Shown here one piece after another: positions 14,233 to 29,116 of a DNA stretch of 64,000 nt (position 1 is the stretch's first letter; each line of letters starts with the position of its first letter). The position numbers and the translations under genes are program-made. The notes under the pieces are model-generated. The model had not been told where the DNA came from. It did not search any database and saw only the letters and a program-made list of their open reading frames with translations. This stretch comes from Octopus vulgaris (taxonomy: Eukaryota): contig OX597816.1 in the NCBI GenBank assembly GCA_951406725.2, positions 83,824,001 to 83,888,000 of the forward strand. The letters are read 5' to 3'.

Positions 14233-15276
14233 AAACATATAGCAGTATGTTGATTTTTCACAAGGGAGGCGCATGACGGTGCATTACAGGGGCAAATCAT
14301 GAAACGAAGAAAATTTACAGAGATTTGCGCATAATAAAACCGTCTACACAAAAGAATAATATTGAGAGTAATGAAAAGAAATCTCCCTATTAATGTATGG
14401 CAACAAGAAGTCAAAGAAGGAACCCTACAGATTCTAGATTATCTTTACATCCAATTTACGTACCCATCTTCTTGTCATAATGTCTGACTTTTGAGCGCTG
14501 GCTGAAAGCAGATCTAGTCAACTGGTTCATACTCAGCACAAAAAACTCAAATTTTTGTTAAACTCATTGCCGTTAGACGTTACATCTCCCTTTCCACTCT
14601 CACCTTCCTTCTCCTTAGAAGAAATTAACGTAGCCTTGACTGAAGAGAAAAACTTCTCTCCTCACTCATTGCAGTCTCGTCTGCAGATTCAGAATCATGT
14701 TAAATCTTCCTTGCCTTTCTGGCGAAGCAATGTTGGCCGGTTGATTCTTTATCAAAACGACTAGATCCATTCTACATGTCAGGAATGCTCGGATATGGAA
14801 AAACTGCTAGCAGAACAGCTTTGCTGCACTGTGTGCATCTCATACTAGATTAACTGACGGTACCTCTGTGCCTATAGAGTTTATTTCAAGATGATAATGT
14901 GTTCTGTCAGCATTATGTCAGAGATTTCTTGCATTTGTCCATAGTACCCGAACTGAGAGTTTGCCGGAATAAATTCGTCAATAGATTTTCATCAACATCA
15001 AAAGACCCTCTCTCCTAGATTCCATTAACTGAATAGAATGCAAGAGTTGACATGACGTCACCAACATCGACACAAATGTGTCCGAATCCAAACAACATCT
15101 CTGATGTTACGCGTTGAAACTTAGTTGACGACTGCGCAAAAGGAATTCGTTCTGCTAAACAACAAAGCTTAACGAAAATATACCACAATATACTAATGTA
15201 TAATTAATATCCACATCATACAATAGAATTACAACAAAACGCATATATAAATATATATATATATATAATGTATATA

Positions 15277-15338
<62 letters not shown>

Positions 15339-16577
15339 TATATATATATGAGAAAGAAAATTTATGAATTACACATACACACACATATAAATACACTCAC
15401 ACACACATGCACATATACCCCCCCCACACACAAGCACGCACACATACACACGCACATACACATGTTATCTTTTTTTAACGATTTGATATATTATTACTCG
15501 GAATCACTACTGTGACACGGAATCAATGTTAGAATACATTAGTGCATTGTTTGGGATGAGAGAAACAGATTTTATAGAAAACAAGGCAAAGAACAAAATG
15601 TAGCGACTCAGTTAAACCAGTGGAAATGACAAGGTGAAATATGAATATAATTAGTTTTGGTAAAACAGAAGGTACAAGAATAGGTCGATAAAGATATCCC
15701 GGATCAAGAATACTGAGACGAGGATTGGGATGAATGCACTGGTACTTTAGTATCCATAACGAAAGCAAGAGCGAGGGTGCTGGAAAATTTTGGTAAAATA
15801 TTCAAGTACCCCAACGGCAGAAATGTTGTTGGGAGTTACATGATATGGCTTGATAAGACAGGGATGGAGGAGAATATTCTGAATTTAGGCAAATACTGTG
15901 GTAACAGGGAGACACGATTCGATTATATTGGACGAACTCAGCGATGAATATTCATTCACGAGAGAAAGAAATAGGAACATACAGAGTATGTACGTGGGAT
16001 GCATTGACCGGATAATATAAAGCCTGAGGTAGGTCACTCGGAGGTTGGGGTGGAGATGGAAGGGATTCTGCATCGAAAATAGATAGTGAAGTAATATCAA
16101 AATAAGGTTCATAAAACAAGTAGGGAGTCTTTGGTGTGTAATACGACCAGCTACAATAAGCAAGCAAAGTCCCCTCATATAATACCCCAGAATCGTAAGT
16201 AAGTCTGTACTATCATAAATAACCAAGGATTACAAGCAAACAAGAAGAGCAAGAACAAAAACAAGAACAACAACAACAAAATACGCTTCAATTCTTATTC
16301 TACTGCCATCCCTTTCCCCCACTCAGTCTCTCGGTTCCTCAAGATAAGAAAAGGCATCCGCTAATTATGCATTGCTCTCGCTGCTTATAACAGTAAGTTT
16401 TATCTAATTACTTTACCCACTCCAAATCTAATTATTCTGCCATCACACCCAACTAGGATTCTGTCACAAAAATGTTTTATTTTATATGCACTTTCACCAA
16501 AATTTGCTATATATATATATACATATATATATGTATACACACGCGTACACAAACATATATATATACATACATATATA

Positions 16578-16630
<53 letters not shown>

Positions 16631-16946
16631 GTGTGTATGTGTGTATACATACATATGTAATAGTATATCATCTGTCTATATATATGTGTGTTGATGAATA
16701 TACATTCATATATAATTGCTCATGTTACGCAGCTTAATATATTGCTTTATATAAAAACAGTTTTCTCTACATTCAAATGTGCACTACTATCAAATGCACA
16801 AATGAATGCAAGTGCACATATACATAATATACATAACCACGTACACACACCCGAGGTTGCATCGCGCACAGCACGTAGTAGACTGCATCACACTCCAACA
16901 GTGTAAATTCAACACAAACGAGCGTACACGCTCGCACACATACATG

Positions 16947-16991
<45 letters not shown>

Positions 16992-17789
16992 TATATATAT
17001 ATATGATATATGCATCAAGACATACAGAGATTCATTTTCTTACTTATGCTGTAAAACATATGATAGAAAACTCAAAGCCCTTTAATAACACATCAGTAGC
17101 TCCAGCCCTCCCATTTGCTTCCTACCATCACCCCGCCCTCTCATCTCCGTTGCTAAATGTACATACACACATAGTCGTTGCAAAAATGTAGATCGTGTTG
17201 CAATGACATGAACAGCCTCGAAGTTTAGCAAATTAGGTTTTATTGCGAAAACAATATTTTCTCTTCCAGATTGGTGATTTACCGTTTATTTTGACCGACC
17301 TTTTCCTCAACTGCAAGGTTTTAAAGAAAAAGATATATTTTATTCTATAAAAAGAGCTCTAATATTATTGTCACACTTTCAGCAGCAACCGCATTCTTCT
17401 GAAATATAGTAATGAACTTAAATTATTTCAGATATTTTAATCATTTGTGGCCTATGAATTATGAGCTTAGATTCTTTTTCCAATAATCCAAATTCAGCCA
17501 TATTTTAATCCTGCCGAGTTGGTAGATATCAGATTGCCCCTGTTATATTGGGTATAAATCTGCAAGTATGCTTTGGTTACTGTATTTACAAGCTCTTCTT
17601 CAATGGTGTATACATGTCACACACACACACATACACACTCACGCACACATACATTTATATATATGTGCGTGTGTGTGCGTGTGTAAGAATCGATGTAATA
17701 TGTATGCAAATCATGTGTGTTATGTATGAATGTTAATATGTAATATATATCTGTTGAATATTTATATACGATTAAGTAATTGTTTACGA

Positions 17790-18275
17790 AATAGGCCCAA
17801 GGCCAGTCATATTGAGGGAGGAGCTAGCCGATACTGCAAAGCATTCTTCTGGCATTCCGACGATTCTACCAATCTAACACACTTATATAAGTGAAAATGA
17901 ATTGTCTTTGAATTCGGCGCAAGGCCAACGGTTACGAAGGGAGGAGACTAGGCATTTGATTGTTAATTTATCTTCTGCACCCCGGGGATATAAAAGGTGA
18001 GGTTCGAACTAATAACAATGAGCAAGAACGTTTATTCGGCATTCTAACTATTCTGGCAATTCGCTGCCCTTATACGACTGAAAATTAATTCTTTCTCTTA
18101 TACACTCAAGAGGCTGAAATTTTGGAGGAGTTTTCCAGTCAATTACATCGTCCCTTAATTGGTATCTATTTCACCAAGATCGAAAGGATAAAAACCAAAG
18201 TGGCGGAATTTGAACTCAGAACTAACCCCAAGCAATTTGCCTGGCGTACAAACGATTCTGCCAGCTGGTCGCCTT
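17790..18275 (-). mobile_element. Degenerate tandem family B SINE copies (about three)
   Basis: Repeated ggc.caaggcc heads-of-tail and gattct.cca motifs; gaaaggataaaaaccaaagtggcggaatttgaactcagaac at ~18180. Confidence 0.55.
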
Positions 18276-18499
18276 GTTTAAGACAGAAGTAATAACTGTT
18301 TACATAGTGTTGTAGCTTCTCCTTGAAGCCAGACCGGACATAATCGAGAACATCGATGATCGAATGTGCTCCTACAATGTCATAATTTCTTTATTCTGGC
18401 TTAGTTTACGTAAAGCTCAATTAATATACATGTATTCATTCATACATACACGCCCGTATGCATACAGAAATGCATACTGTCTATATAAACTTTAAAATT

Positions 18500-18722
18500 T
18501 ATTAACACACACACACAAAGACACATACAAACACACAAAGATATACACACATACACACATGTATATACATATATATATATGTGCATATATATATATATAT
18601 ATACATATATACATACACACACACACACATATATATATACACATACATATATATATATATACACATACATATATACATACACACACACATACATATACAC
18701 ATACATATATATATATATACAT

Positions 18723-18763
<41 letters not shown>

Positions 18764-19197
18764 CATATATATATAAATATATACATATACATATGTATAT
18801 ATATATATATTTATATAAATATATATATATATATATATATAAACATAAACACATAAATACTCATTCGTATCACATTGTCGTATATTAACGCATGTGTGTG
18901 TGTGTGTGTGTTTGAGTAAAATAATCCTAAAAGATTCCCTGGAGACCATTTTCTTTTCGTTCTCACTTTCTTTCAGTGTTTTGATATTCTGTCTTTGGTG
19001 TAGATACATAGCTTTACATAATACCCACTGCATTCTGACCTCCTTAGATATTATTTTACTTATTAAACAAACATTGAAGCACTTAACCTTGGTTTCAATA
19101 ATTCTGTTAAATATATATATATTTAAATATATATATATATATATATATATACACTCACATATATATATAAACATATTAAAATATTTATATATATATA

Positions 19198-19250
<53 letters not shown>

Positions 19251-19314
19251 GCACGACAGCCACTCAAGCACGTTCACATGTATACAGACAAAAATACAAA
19301 GATGACATTCCCTC

Positions 19315-19362
<48 letters not shown>

Positions 19363-19683
19363 TGTGTATAGAATTTATTTGCATATTATACTACAAGTGA
19401 GTAACATAAAACCTACAAAACATCGAAACATAATTAAAATGAATTTGCTTGTTCCCATCAAATATATGATTCCCATCACTGTCCCATACCTCAGCGACCA
19501 ACACTCTCGAAATTGACATTCGCTCTGCATGAAAATAGCACATGCCGATATGTGTGCCATACACACATACACACACACACACACAAATACACATATACAT
19601 ATGCATATATACATATGCATATATATATATACATATATATATAAATTTGTATACACATACATATATAGAATTATTTACACATG

Positions 19684-19743
<60 letters not shown>

Positions 19744-20010
19744 TGTTTGTGTGTATGTAGGTTTGCGTGTACACGTATGTACACATATATGGATGTAATG
19801 ATGATGCTCTTAACAAAGATAAGAAGAATTCAATGAAGAAAGAATTCAATATATGATGAATAAGCAAATATTTGGATATTAATAAATAAATACAAGCAAC
19901 CTGAAAGAAAACCAAGGAACTGTGGTTGACTTTCTTAGAATTCTAGATGTAGAGGATCATCAAAGTGTTTGATAAGTCTCTTTGGCCAAACTATATATGT
20001 ATGTGTATCA

Positions 20011-20041
<31 letters not shown>

Positions 20042-20125
20042 TGTATGTATGTATGTATGTATGTATGTATGTATGTATGTATGTATGTATGTATGTATGC
20101 ATGCATGCATGCATGTATGTATGTA

Positions 20126-20175
<50 letters not shown>

Positions 20176-20251
20176 CTGTGTCTGTCTGCCTGCTTCACCC
20201 CACCTCTCTCTCTGTATATGTATATATATATACGTATGTATGTATATATAC

Positions 20252-20318
<67 letters not shown>

Positions 20319-20335
20319 TATGTATACACATGTAC

Positions 20336-20375
<40 letters not shown>

Positions 20376-20820
20376 TTATGTACATACACATATGGTTATA
20401 ATTGTATCTAAATACTTGTAGGTATATATATGTGTGCATATATTGTGTATAAACAGGAACGTATATAATTACTTAGATAAATAAATTGGTGGCTGCAAGC
20501 ATATTCTCGTGCATGCATTTTCACACACACACTCACACACACACACACACATATATGTATATGGAGTTAAGTATGTATGTCACTACATATATACATTTAT
20601 ATATGTATATTCATATCTATATCTATGTATGTATTTATGTATGTATACATGTATGAATGCATGTATGTATGCATGCTTGTACTTATGCCTGTAAGTTTGC
20701 ATGTATGCATGTATGTATGCGTGTATATGTATATATTTAATACCTATATATATATATGTACACACACATATACACACATACACACACACTCACAGCAAAC
20801 ATACACACACATGCATAAAT
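18500..20820. repeat. Compound TA/CA/TATG microsatellite field with short unique islands
   Basis: Direct inspection; source of the many YIYI/HTHT ORFs. Confidence 0.9.
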
Positions 20821-21672
20821 AGTCAGATAGGCATAAAGTATTATTTCATATGTATTTCACATTTACCAAAACTATTTCTAAACATAACTAAAATGTTAGT
20901 TGTTGATGTGAAAGTGTGATGTATTTTTTATTTCGTTCTTTGTTTTTTTTCCCCTCCTTATGTTTATGATTTTGTAGGTCTGCTTGTGCCTTTGTTACAA
21001 AGTGTCTTCTAGCCCTTCTTACTTTTCTTTCTTTACTGTGTCTGTCTGCCTGCTTCCCCCCCTCTCTCTCACTCTCTCCTCTCTCTCTCTCTCTCTCTGT
21101 CTGAAATCTACGTTTACACATCGTGGTTTCGTAAAAATTACTTTCTTTGAAAATGCTTTCACCTATCACCCTATATATACTGATATGATTACCATCATCC
21201 CCTTGATCACTCCAAATCTTAATATCTTATAAAAGCATCAATTTTTCTGTGAGAGTAGGAGGAAGCTAAGAGATAATTTGATAATTTGAGAGATAATTTG
21301 ATAACTACTTCTAGCTGGTTGAAGTAGTGAGTGGAAACAGGCACGTTCGCTCTTGTTATTCGTAAAGTCTAGGCTACGCCCGCCTTGATAATATAAATCT
21401 ATGATTACTGACGTTCCGTCACTGACCATTTTCTTTCCCCTTTTCCAGGTATTACATAATCCAATATATCCTATTTGTTCAAGAAAACTAAGTGTTTGTC
21501 TGCTATTTCTAGTACAACAAAGTACACAGAAGCTACCCCATTGGCTCGCAGCTTTTATTTCTGACACGCTTTTTTTTTTCCAACGGTCGGGGGTTTAGAG
21601 GGATAGATAGCGCCCTCCATCAAAACTGGTCCGGCGTTATACAGTCACTCGCATTGGCAAATTTTGGGCTGT

Positions 21673-23352
21673 ACCAATATTTTCTTTTAATTCTTTCCTA
21701 CCTTAGTTCTATTCGTCTCTCTTTCTCTCCTTTCTCTCTCACTCTCTTTCATTCTTTCTCTCTCTTTCATTTCTCTCTTTCTCTCTCTTTCATTCTCTCT
21801 CTTTTTCTCTTACTCCCTCTCTCAGTTAGTCTGTGTGTGTTTCTTTCTCTTTCTCTTTCTCTCTCTCTCTGTTTCTCCCTATCTATCAGTCTCCCACATT
21901 GTAACACACCTCGATATTGTCTCTATTTGTCTCATCTCCACATGGTATAGAACAAAATGTGCCATATTTGGAATTCATTCCATTCGTTAAGGGAAAGGCA
22001 TGGCTGCCTCAACTATTCGTTTCTCCTTCCATAATGGTAAAGAATATGAATGTCTATTAGTGCAGTAATTACAAACACATTGATGGCATGCTAAGGTTGT
22101 AGGGACCAAAGTTATAATTTCAACGAATAGATATACTGGTCATTATTTCAACCTACGGTTGAAGTCTATTTGTATCACTTTATGCAGTTAAAACTCTTGG
22201 GAAATGCATAAATGTTCCAACTTTCCATTTTCTACATAGCCAAGGAAGCTAATAATTATAAAACAGAAAGAATTAACAAAAGCAGAAGAAACAATGACAG
22301 CGAAAACAATAAAAGCAATAATACGAATTAACAATAATAATAACATAAACAACAACAACAGAAGACAAACGGCAATGACACCAGCAAACAACAATAACAA
22401 AAAAAAATAACAATAACGGAAAGTAACAACACTCACACCCGCACACTCAAAGAAAACGAACAACAATCACACAAAAAAAAAAAATGGCAATACCAAAACA
22501 AGTACAGCAAATGATTAGCTACAGCAGCAGCAGCAGCAGCAGTAGCAGTAGTAGTAGTAGTGGTGGTAAGCAGCCACAGCAACTGCAGCAGCAAGAATTA
22601 CGGTAGTTACAAGGCAGCCAATGGCGGCAATAGTGAAATCTGATTGACACTTGCACATATTTAATGGCATTAGTCGACGGCGGAGGTGGAGTACAATTAA
22701 GAGTTTGTTAATTGCGACACATGGGTCCCCTAATTTAAACATAAACTAATCGAAACCTCGTCAGTTCATCCCTACCACCGCCACTATTATAAACACCCTC
22801 GCTACCACCTTCATCACCACTACAACCGTGTTTGTTTGTTATATGTTTTTTTTTTTTTTTTTTTTTTACTTTCGTTTCTAAATTGGAAATATCACCGATA
22901 CTCTGGAGAATCACCAATATTTCCTTTTAACTCTTTCCTTCCTTAGTTCTTCTATTCGTCTCTCTTTCTCTCCTTTCTCTCTCTCTCTCTGTCATTCCCT
23001 CTCTCTCTCTCTCTCTCTTTCATTTTACGCTTCACCTTTATTTCCTGTACACACGTTCCTTCTATTTATCTCTCTCTTTTTACCATCATTCTTTCTCTTC
23101 TCTCTCTTCCTCTCTCCTGTGTCTCTCTCGGTTAGTCTGTGTGTGTTTATTTCTCTTTCTCTCTCTTTCTTTCTCTCTCTTTCTTTCTCTTCTTTCTCTC
23201 TCCTTCTCTCTCTATGTCTCAGTCAGTCTGTGTGTGTTTCTCTCTCTCTCTTCTCTCTCTCTCTCTCTCTCGCTCTCTGTTTCTCCCTATCTATCAATCT
23301 CCCACATCGTAACACACCTCGATATCGTCTCTATGTGTCTCATCTCCACATG
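21673..23352 (+). repeat. Direct repeat pair (21673-21944 and 22913-23352), CT-rich
   Basis: Shared accaatattt..cttttaa.tctttcct.ccttagttct start and ctgtttctccctatctatca.tctcccacat.gtaacacacctcgatat.gtctctat.tgtctcatctccacatg end. Confidence 0.8.
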
Positions 23353-23456
23353 TACAGATTCATCTCTCTCTCTCTCTCTCTCTTTTCCTCCGCTCTCTCT
23401 ATCTCACCCCTCCCGTTCTCGCTCTCATTTACACACAATCTCTCACAGAACTGCAA

Positions 23457-23510
<54 letters not shown>

Positions 23511-24266
23511 ACATACAAACACAAATACCTCCTCACCCTCCATTTTCACATTTCCTCTATATTTTTTTCACTACCGTACACCATGTTTTCTTTCTCTATA
23601 TTCCTTTATCTTTTACACACGTTTACTGTACCCTCTCTTACTCCCTTTCTTTCTCCCCTCTCTATCTCTGCTTCTCCTCTAAACTCCACATACACCTACA
23701 CACAGGCCTTCAATCTTTCTTCCTCTTCACCACACACATTCATACATTATTCCCTCTCTTCCGTACATTTACGCTTCACCTTTATTTCCTGTACACACGT
23801 TTCTTCTACTTATCTCTCTCTTTTTACCATCAGCTATTTCTCCAGTACATATGCACTTCCTGTCTTCCTCTGTTGTGTGCATACCACTTTTAGCACTTTC
23901 TCTCTCTCTCTCTTTCTCTCACAAACACACACACACACACACACACATTTTACACTGTCACTCTCCTCTTCCTTGCTATCTTATGCTTATTTACCCACTC
24001 TTTCGAAAAATACCGCTAATTTTAATCTACCTGTCACAAACGTCACCATTTCTACCTATGATACTTTTATCCCATCAGTTTTCTCCCCCACCCCCGCCAT
24101 ACGCACACACATACTCACACACGCACACACTCACGCACACGCAAACACATGTATGTATTTGTGTGTGTGTGTGGGGGGGGGGGTGCGCATGCACATGCTT
24201 ATATTTATTTGGAATAAAGCCCTACAGAGAAGCTAACGTTTCAAATCTGATAATTTTATTCTGGGT

Positions 24267-25420
24267 AGGCGTGGTTATATGTTAAGAAACTTGCTTCAAA
24301 AACCACATGGGTTGCGGGGTGGTGGGGTTCAATCCCACTGCATGGGTCCCACTGCACCTTGGACTAGTGTCTTCTGCAATGGCGGGTCGACCAAAGTCTT
24401 GTGAGTGCATTTGGTAGACGAGTTGTCTTGTTAACCGACAAAAAAGAGTATCTGTCTACCACAGACATTCATATACAAGCTAATATCGAACAGTGTGAAT
24501 GAGTGTTCAGTACCGCACTGGTGTGGATAAATATTTTTTATTTCTGGGTTAACAAGGCTACCAATGCTTTCGTGTAAAGAGGAATCACTTTTCAATTTTC
24601 AAGTCGGTCATGTATGAATATATATTTATATATATATGTGTGTATGTGTCTTTGTGTTAGTCCCACCACTTCCACTTGACAAGCGGTGTTAGTTTGTTCA
24701 GCTTCCCGTAACAAAGGAACCGATAGTAGAATAAGTACCAGATATTCTTTTCTGCTCTAGGCACAAGGCCCAAAATTTTGAGGGAGGGGACCAGTCGATT
24801 ATATCGACCCCAGGACGCAACTCATACTTAATTTATCGACCCCGAAAGGATGAAAGGCAAAGTCGACCTCGGCGGAATTTGAACTCAGAACATAAAGGCA
24901 GACGAAATACCTCTAAGCATTTCGCCCGGCATGCTAACGTTTCTTTTCTACTCTAGGGCACAAGGCCCGAAGTTTTGGGGGACGGGGTCAGTCGATTAGA
25001 TCGACCCCAGTACGTAACTGATATTTAATTTATCGACCCAGAAAGGATGAAAGGCAAAGTCAACCTCGGTGGAATTTGAACTCAGAACGTAAAGGCAGAC
25101 GAAGTACCGCTAAGCATTTCACCCGGCGTGCTAACGTTTCTGCCAGCTCGCCGCCTTAAAGATTGTTGTAGAATCTTTTCCACTCTAGGCACAAGACCCA
25201 ATTTTAGGGGGAGGGGGCAAGTCGATTAAATTGACCCCAGTACATAACTGGTACTTAATTTATCGACCTCGAAAAGATGAAAGGCAAAATCGACCTCGGC
25301 GGAATTACCACATATTAAGAAAAAAATATTTGTACTCGGGCCAATTTTTTCCACTTAACCCTTCAATGCGGGGCTCCGGCATGGCCACAATTTAGTGACT
25401 GAAATAAGTAAAAGACAAAA
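24267..25420 (+). mobile_element. Family A SINE split by insertions (head 24267-24420, body 24640-24746, tail 25306-25420)
   Basis: Consecutive segments of the family A consensus occur in order. Confidence 0.65.
24747..25305 (-). mobile_element. Three tandem family B SINEs nested in the family A SINE
   Basis: Three ~195-230-bp units each starting cttttc...ctctaggcacaag. Flanked by taccagatatt (24736-24746) and taccacatatt (25306-25316). Confidence 0.85.
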
Positions 25421-25518
25421 CATAAAGAAAAAGAAATCATAGACTTATAATAATCCTTCTTCTCTTCGTTCCACTTCTCGGTCGTCTCGTTCTGATGCAC
25501 TGCTTCATACGACAAGTA

Positions 25519-25579
25519 TTGATAGGACCTCAATATCTCTTGATAGGACCTCAATATCTCTTGATAGGATCCCAATATA
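25519..25579. repeat. 21-bp tandem repeat, about 3 copies (ttgataggacctcaatatctc)
   Basis: Direct inspection. Confidence 0.9.
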
Positions 25580-26807
25580 TTTCTTCGACTAATGAAGAAA
25601 TAGGCCCCACATTTCATAACAAGAAAACTTTAAAATATTCATTAGTGTTACTGTTCTGTGATTACAACTGACTAGATCGATGTGATTTACAACCTATAAT
25701 CGTACCTTTGAAGCTAAGCTGACGTGGAAAATCCATACCACACAGGGTCTTCGAAGAAAAAAATGCGAGTCCCTTCTTCATCATGATGAGTAATCGCTTG
25801 ATTTATAAGAAACAGTACGTAAAGCTAACTTTGCTGTTTTAGAAAAATAAAGATATATCCAGGCAGTGATAAAGTGTCTATGTTATCTCTCGCTAGATAT
25901 ATGAGTCAAATTCATTCAATTTATACCGTATCGTCTTTAACAGCGGAAGAGCAAGAGAGTGTCACGATTGCTATGTTTTGGGACATTTGTTTGTTCAGCA
26001 TTGACCGACGTGGAGCTAACAGCAAGGAAAGGCACTCGAAAATATAATGGAACTGCCATGGTTTATGGCCATTTCCTTACCACCAAAACGTACCACTGAT
26101 CTTCCTTTTAACTCCCGCCTCTCTCAGTCTCTGCTGGCCTCCCCCCCCCCGCACACATCTATAACTTCTACATTTTTCATTCTCACTTTCCATATTTATT
26201 TATTTAGTTATCTATTTATTTTGGCGTTTTTTTTTTCTATTTTCTGTAACTCATTCCTTCTGTTATTTTGTTTATTTTTTTCTTAATATCATTTAGCTCA
26301 TATATTCTTTCTTTTTCTTCTCTTTCCTTCTCTTATTTATTTACCCATTTATTTCACTTTTCTTTCTGTTATTTTTTTTTCCTCCTGCCCCTTTGCTACT
26401 CTACAATCTCCATTTTGCCTCACTAACCATAATTAGCAAAAATAAGTGAACAAATAAATTAATAAAAATATGTATAAATAAACAAATAAAAATCACCCCA
26501 GAAGAATTCAACCTCACTATTTGAAATTACATTTATTTCAAGAAACTGTTAATTTAAAAACAAAACAAAAGTCCACAAAAACAACAGCAACAACAAAATC
26601 CCTTTCCTCCAGACACACACCAAAAGCACGCCCCAAAACAAGACTATGTTCAATTATAAAAATTCCTTCACATATCTCCACTCTTATCCACAACATAAGC
26701 TACCCCTACCCCGATACAGTTTATAAATATATCGCACATCCTCCCAGTTCAGTCTTTTATGACAATAATTCTTTCTTCCCTTTCAACCTCCTTTCTTCAG
26801 CCTCTAT

Positions 26808-26867
<60 letters not shown>

Positions 26868-27265
26868 CATACGCACACACACTTAGTTGCGACCCTTCCC
26901 CAAACTCTGAACCACTCCGTTACATCAATAATAAGAAAACTTCTAGCTGGCCACTCGACTTGCTTGGAATATCAACGTAAACTCCCTCATAAAAACCACC
27001 ACCACCACCACTACCACTACCACTACCGTTAGTACCGTAGCCTTTTCCTCCATCACCAAGAAGCTTTATAAGTCTTACGAGCTGCTATAAATAGCAGTTA
27101 CATCTCCCTCAAATTACATCCGACCATTTAAAAAGAGAAACTGGAAGACATATTGAATTATGTAGTCCTAGTTACACTGGCCTTGAAAAGAAAACGGGAA
27201 TGGATACGGCTGAAATAACCTCGCCCTAGATAGGTCAACTGAATCAATATTGTATAAATGATAAA

Positions 27266-27640
27266 GACGGCGAGCTGGTAGAAATGTGAGCACGCCGGGC
27301 GAAATGCGTAGCCGTATTTCGTCTGCCGCTACGTTCTGAGTTCAAATTCTGCCGAGGTCGACTTTGCCTTTCATCCTTTCGGGGTCGATTAAATAAGTAC
27401 CAGTTACGCACTGGAGTCGATATAATCGACTTAATCCGTTTGTCTGTCCTTGTTTGTCTTCTCTGTGTTTGGCCCCTTGTGGGTAGTATTTCGTTCTGAG
27501 TTCAAATCCCGCCGTAGTCGACTTTGCCTTTCATCATTTCAGGGTCGATAAAAAAGTACCAGTTGAGCACTGGGATCATGTAATCGACTTACCCCTTTTC
27601 CCAAAATTGCTGGCAATCGGCCAAAATTTGAAACCAATAT
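27266..27640 (+). mobile_element. Two tandem family B SINEs (full length plus 5'-truncated)
   Basis: gacggcgagctggtagaaatgtgagcacgccgggcgaaatgc...gagttcaaattc (B box)...gactttgcctttcatcctttcggggtcgat. Confidence 0.85.
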
Positions 27641-28705
27641 TATTGAAGTGATATCTACAATGACCAGACGTTATGGAGGGAGGACACAATAGATTTAATT
27701 TACTCCCACTTATTGTCTAATTTGTATTTGAAGGATCCAACAAAGGACGAACATATAGACGACGCTAGCGGAATTTGAACTCATAACATTATGGGGTCCA
27801 GCTCAAATAAATAACCCAGTGTATGTACTTTTATTTTACTCTAACGTCTAACCAGTTCCTTTTCTTACTAATCAATTCACTGATTTTACTATAATACTTC
27901 CACATCATGATAACTGTTACAAATGCAATGCCTCCCACGCATACGCTAAAGCACATGCGCATACAGAAAGAAAGAGAGTGAAAGAGAGGGAGACGGAAAG
28001 ACCTTATTGCAACCAGTTCCAACTCCACCAAGTACCAAGTGTTTGTTTATTCACCATACAGAAATCTGCTTACATTCAAGTATCTCAAGGTCACTCATTG
28101 AGTGACTTAAAGTCTAAGTCATGCCAAGTACCGTAAGTGATTGGCTTTTATATATATATTTTTTAATGTTTTACCTTGCGATAGACTGCAGGTTTTAAAA
28201 TAATCTCAACCCCAATGAAGCAGGACATCTGATCTCTTCACAATTGCCAAACACTGAATAGTGTCTTTACTTTGCTTTAGTTTATTTGCTTTTGTTTCAT
28301 CCATATAAGCATACGTGTATAAGATGTGTGTGTTTCTAGACATACATACATGCATGCATACATACATATACACACACACAAATATATCCAAGCATACTTG
28401 TATATATACAAACACACACACACACATACACATAGCTACTAGATAGGTTTATTTTCATGTATGTCCATAGGTGCATATTTCATATATACATATGTGTGTG
28501 TGTGTCTGTGTGTGTGTATTTGTGTGTGTATGTATTAAAAGTACTGAACAAAATATAAAACTACATTTTATGTAGCTCAAACATTGTCCGGTATAGAATT
28601 TAATACGTTGGATGCATTGGACACAAACACACACACACACACACAAGACTACACACACGCCGCACCTCACATATGTATATGTGTGTGTGTGTATATATAT
28701 ATATA

Positions 28706-29116
<411 letters not shown>

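Noticed and set aside
14460-16240. Complex sequence with weak LINE-like peptides (e.g. PSFSLEEINVAL)
   Set aside because: Probably ancient retroelement debris, but no diagnostic motif can be assigned by eye.
17220-17550. Possible Tc1/mariner transposase remnant
   Set aside because: Only a vague basic motif on the minus strand; no TIRs or DDE motifs identifiable.
19515-19990. FMQ and FDDPL peptides resembling the next ARID exon
   Set aside because: They are ~400 bp apart and the context lacks LYEL, RKEFL and QKRG; not the ARID exon.
25519-25579. Short direct repeats as a possible CRISPR array
   Set aside because: Contiguous tandem units with no spacers, in eukaryotic DNA.
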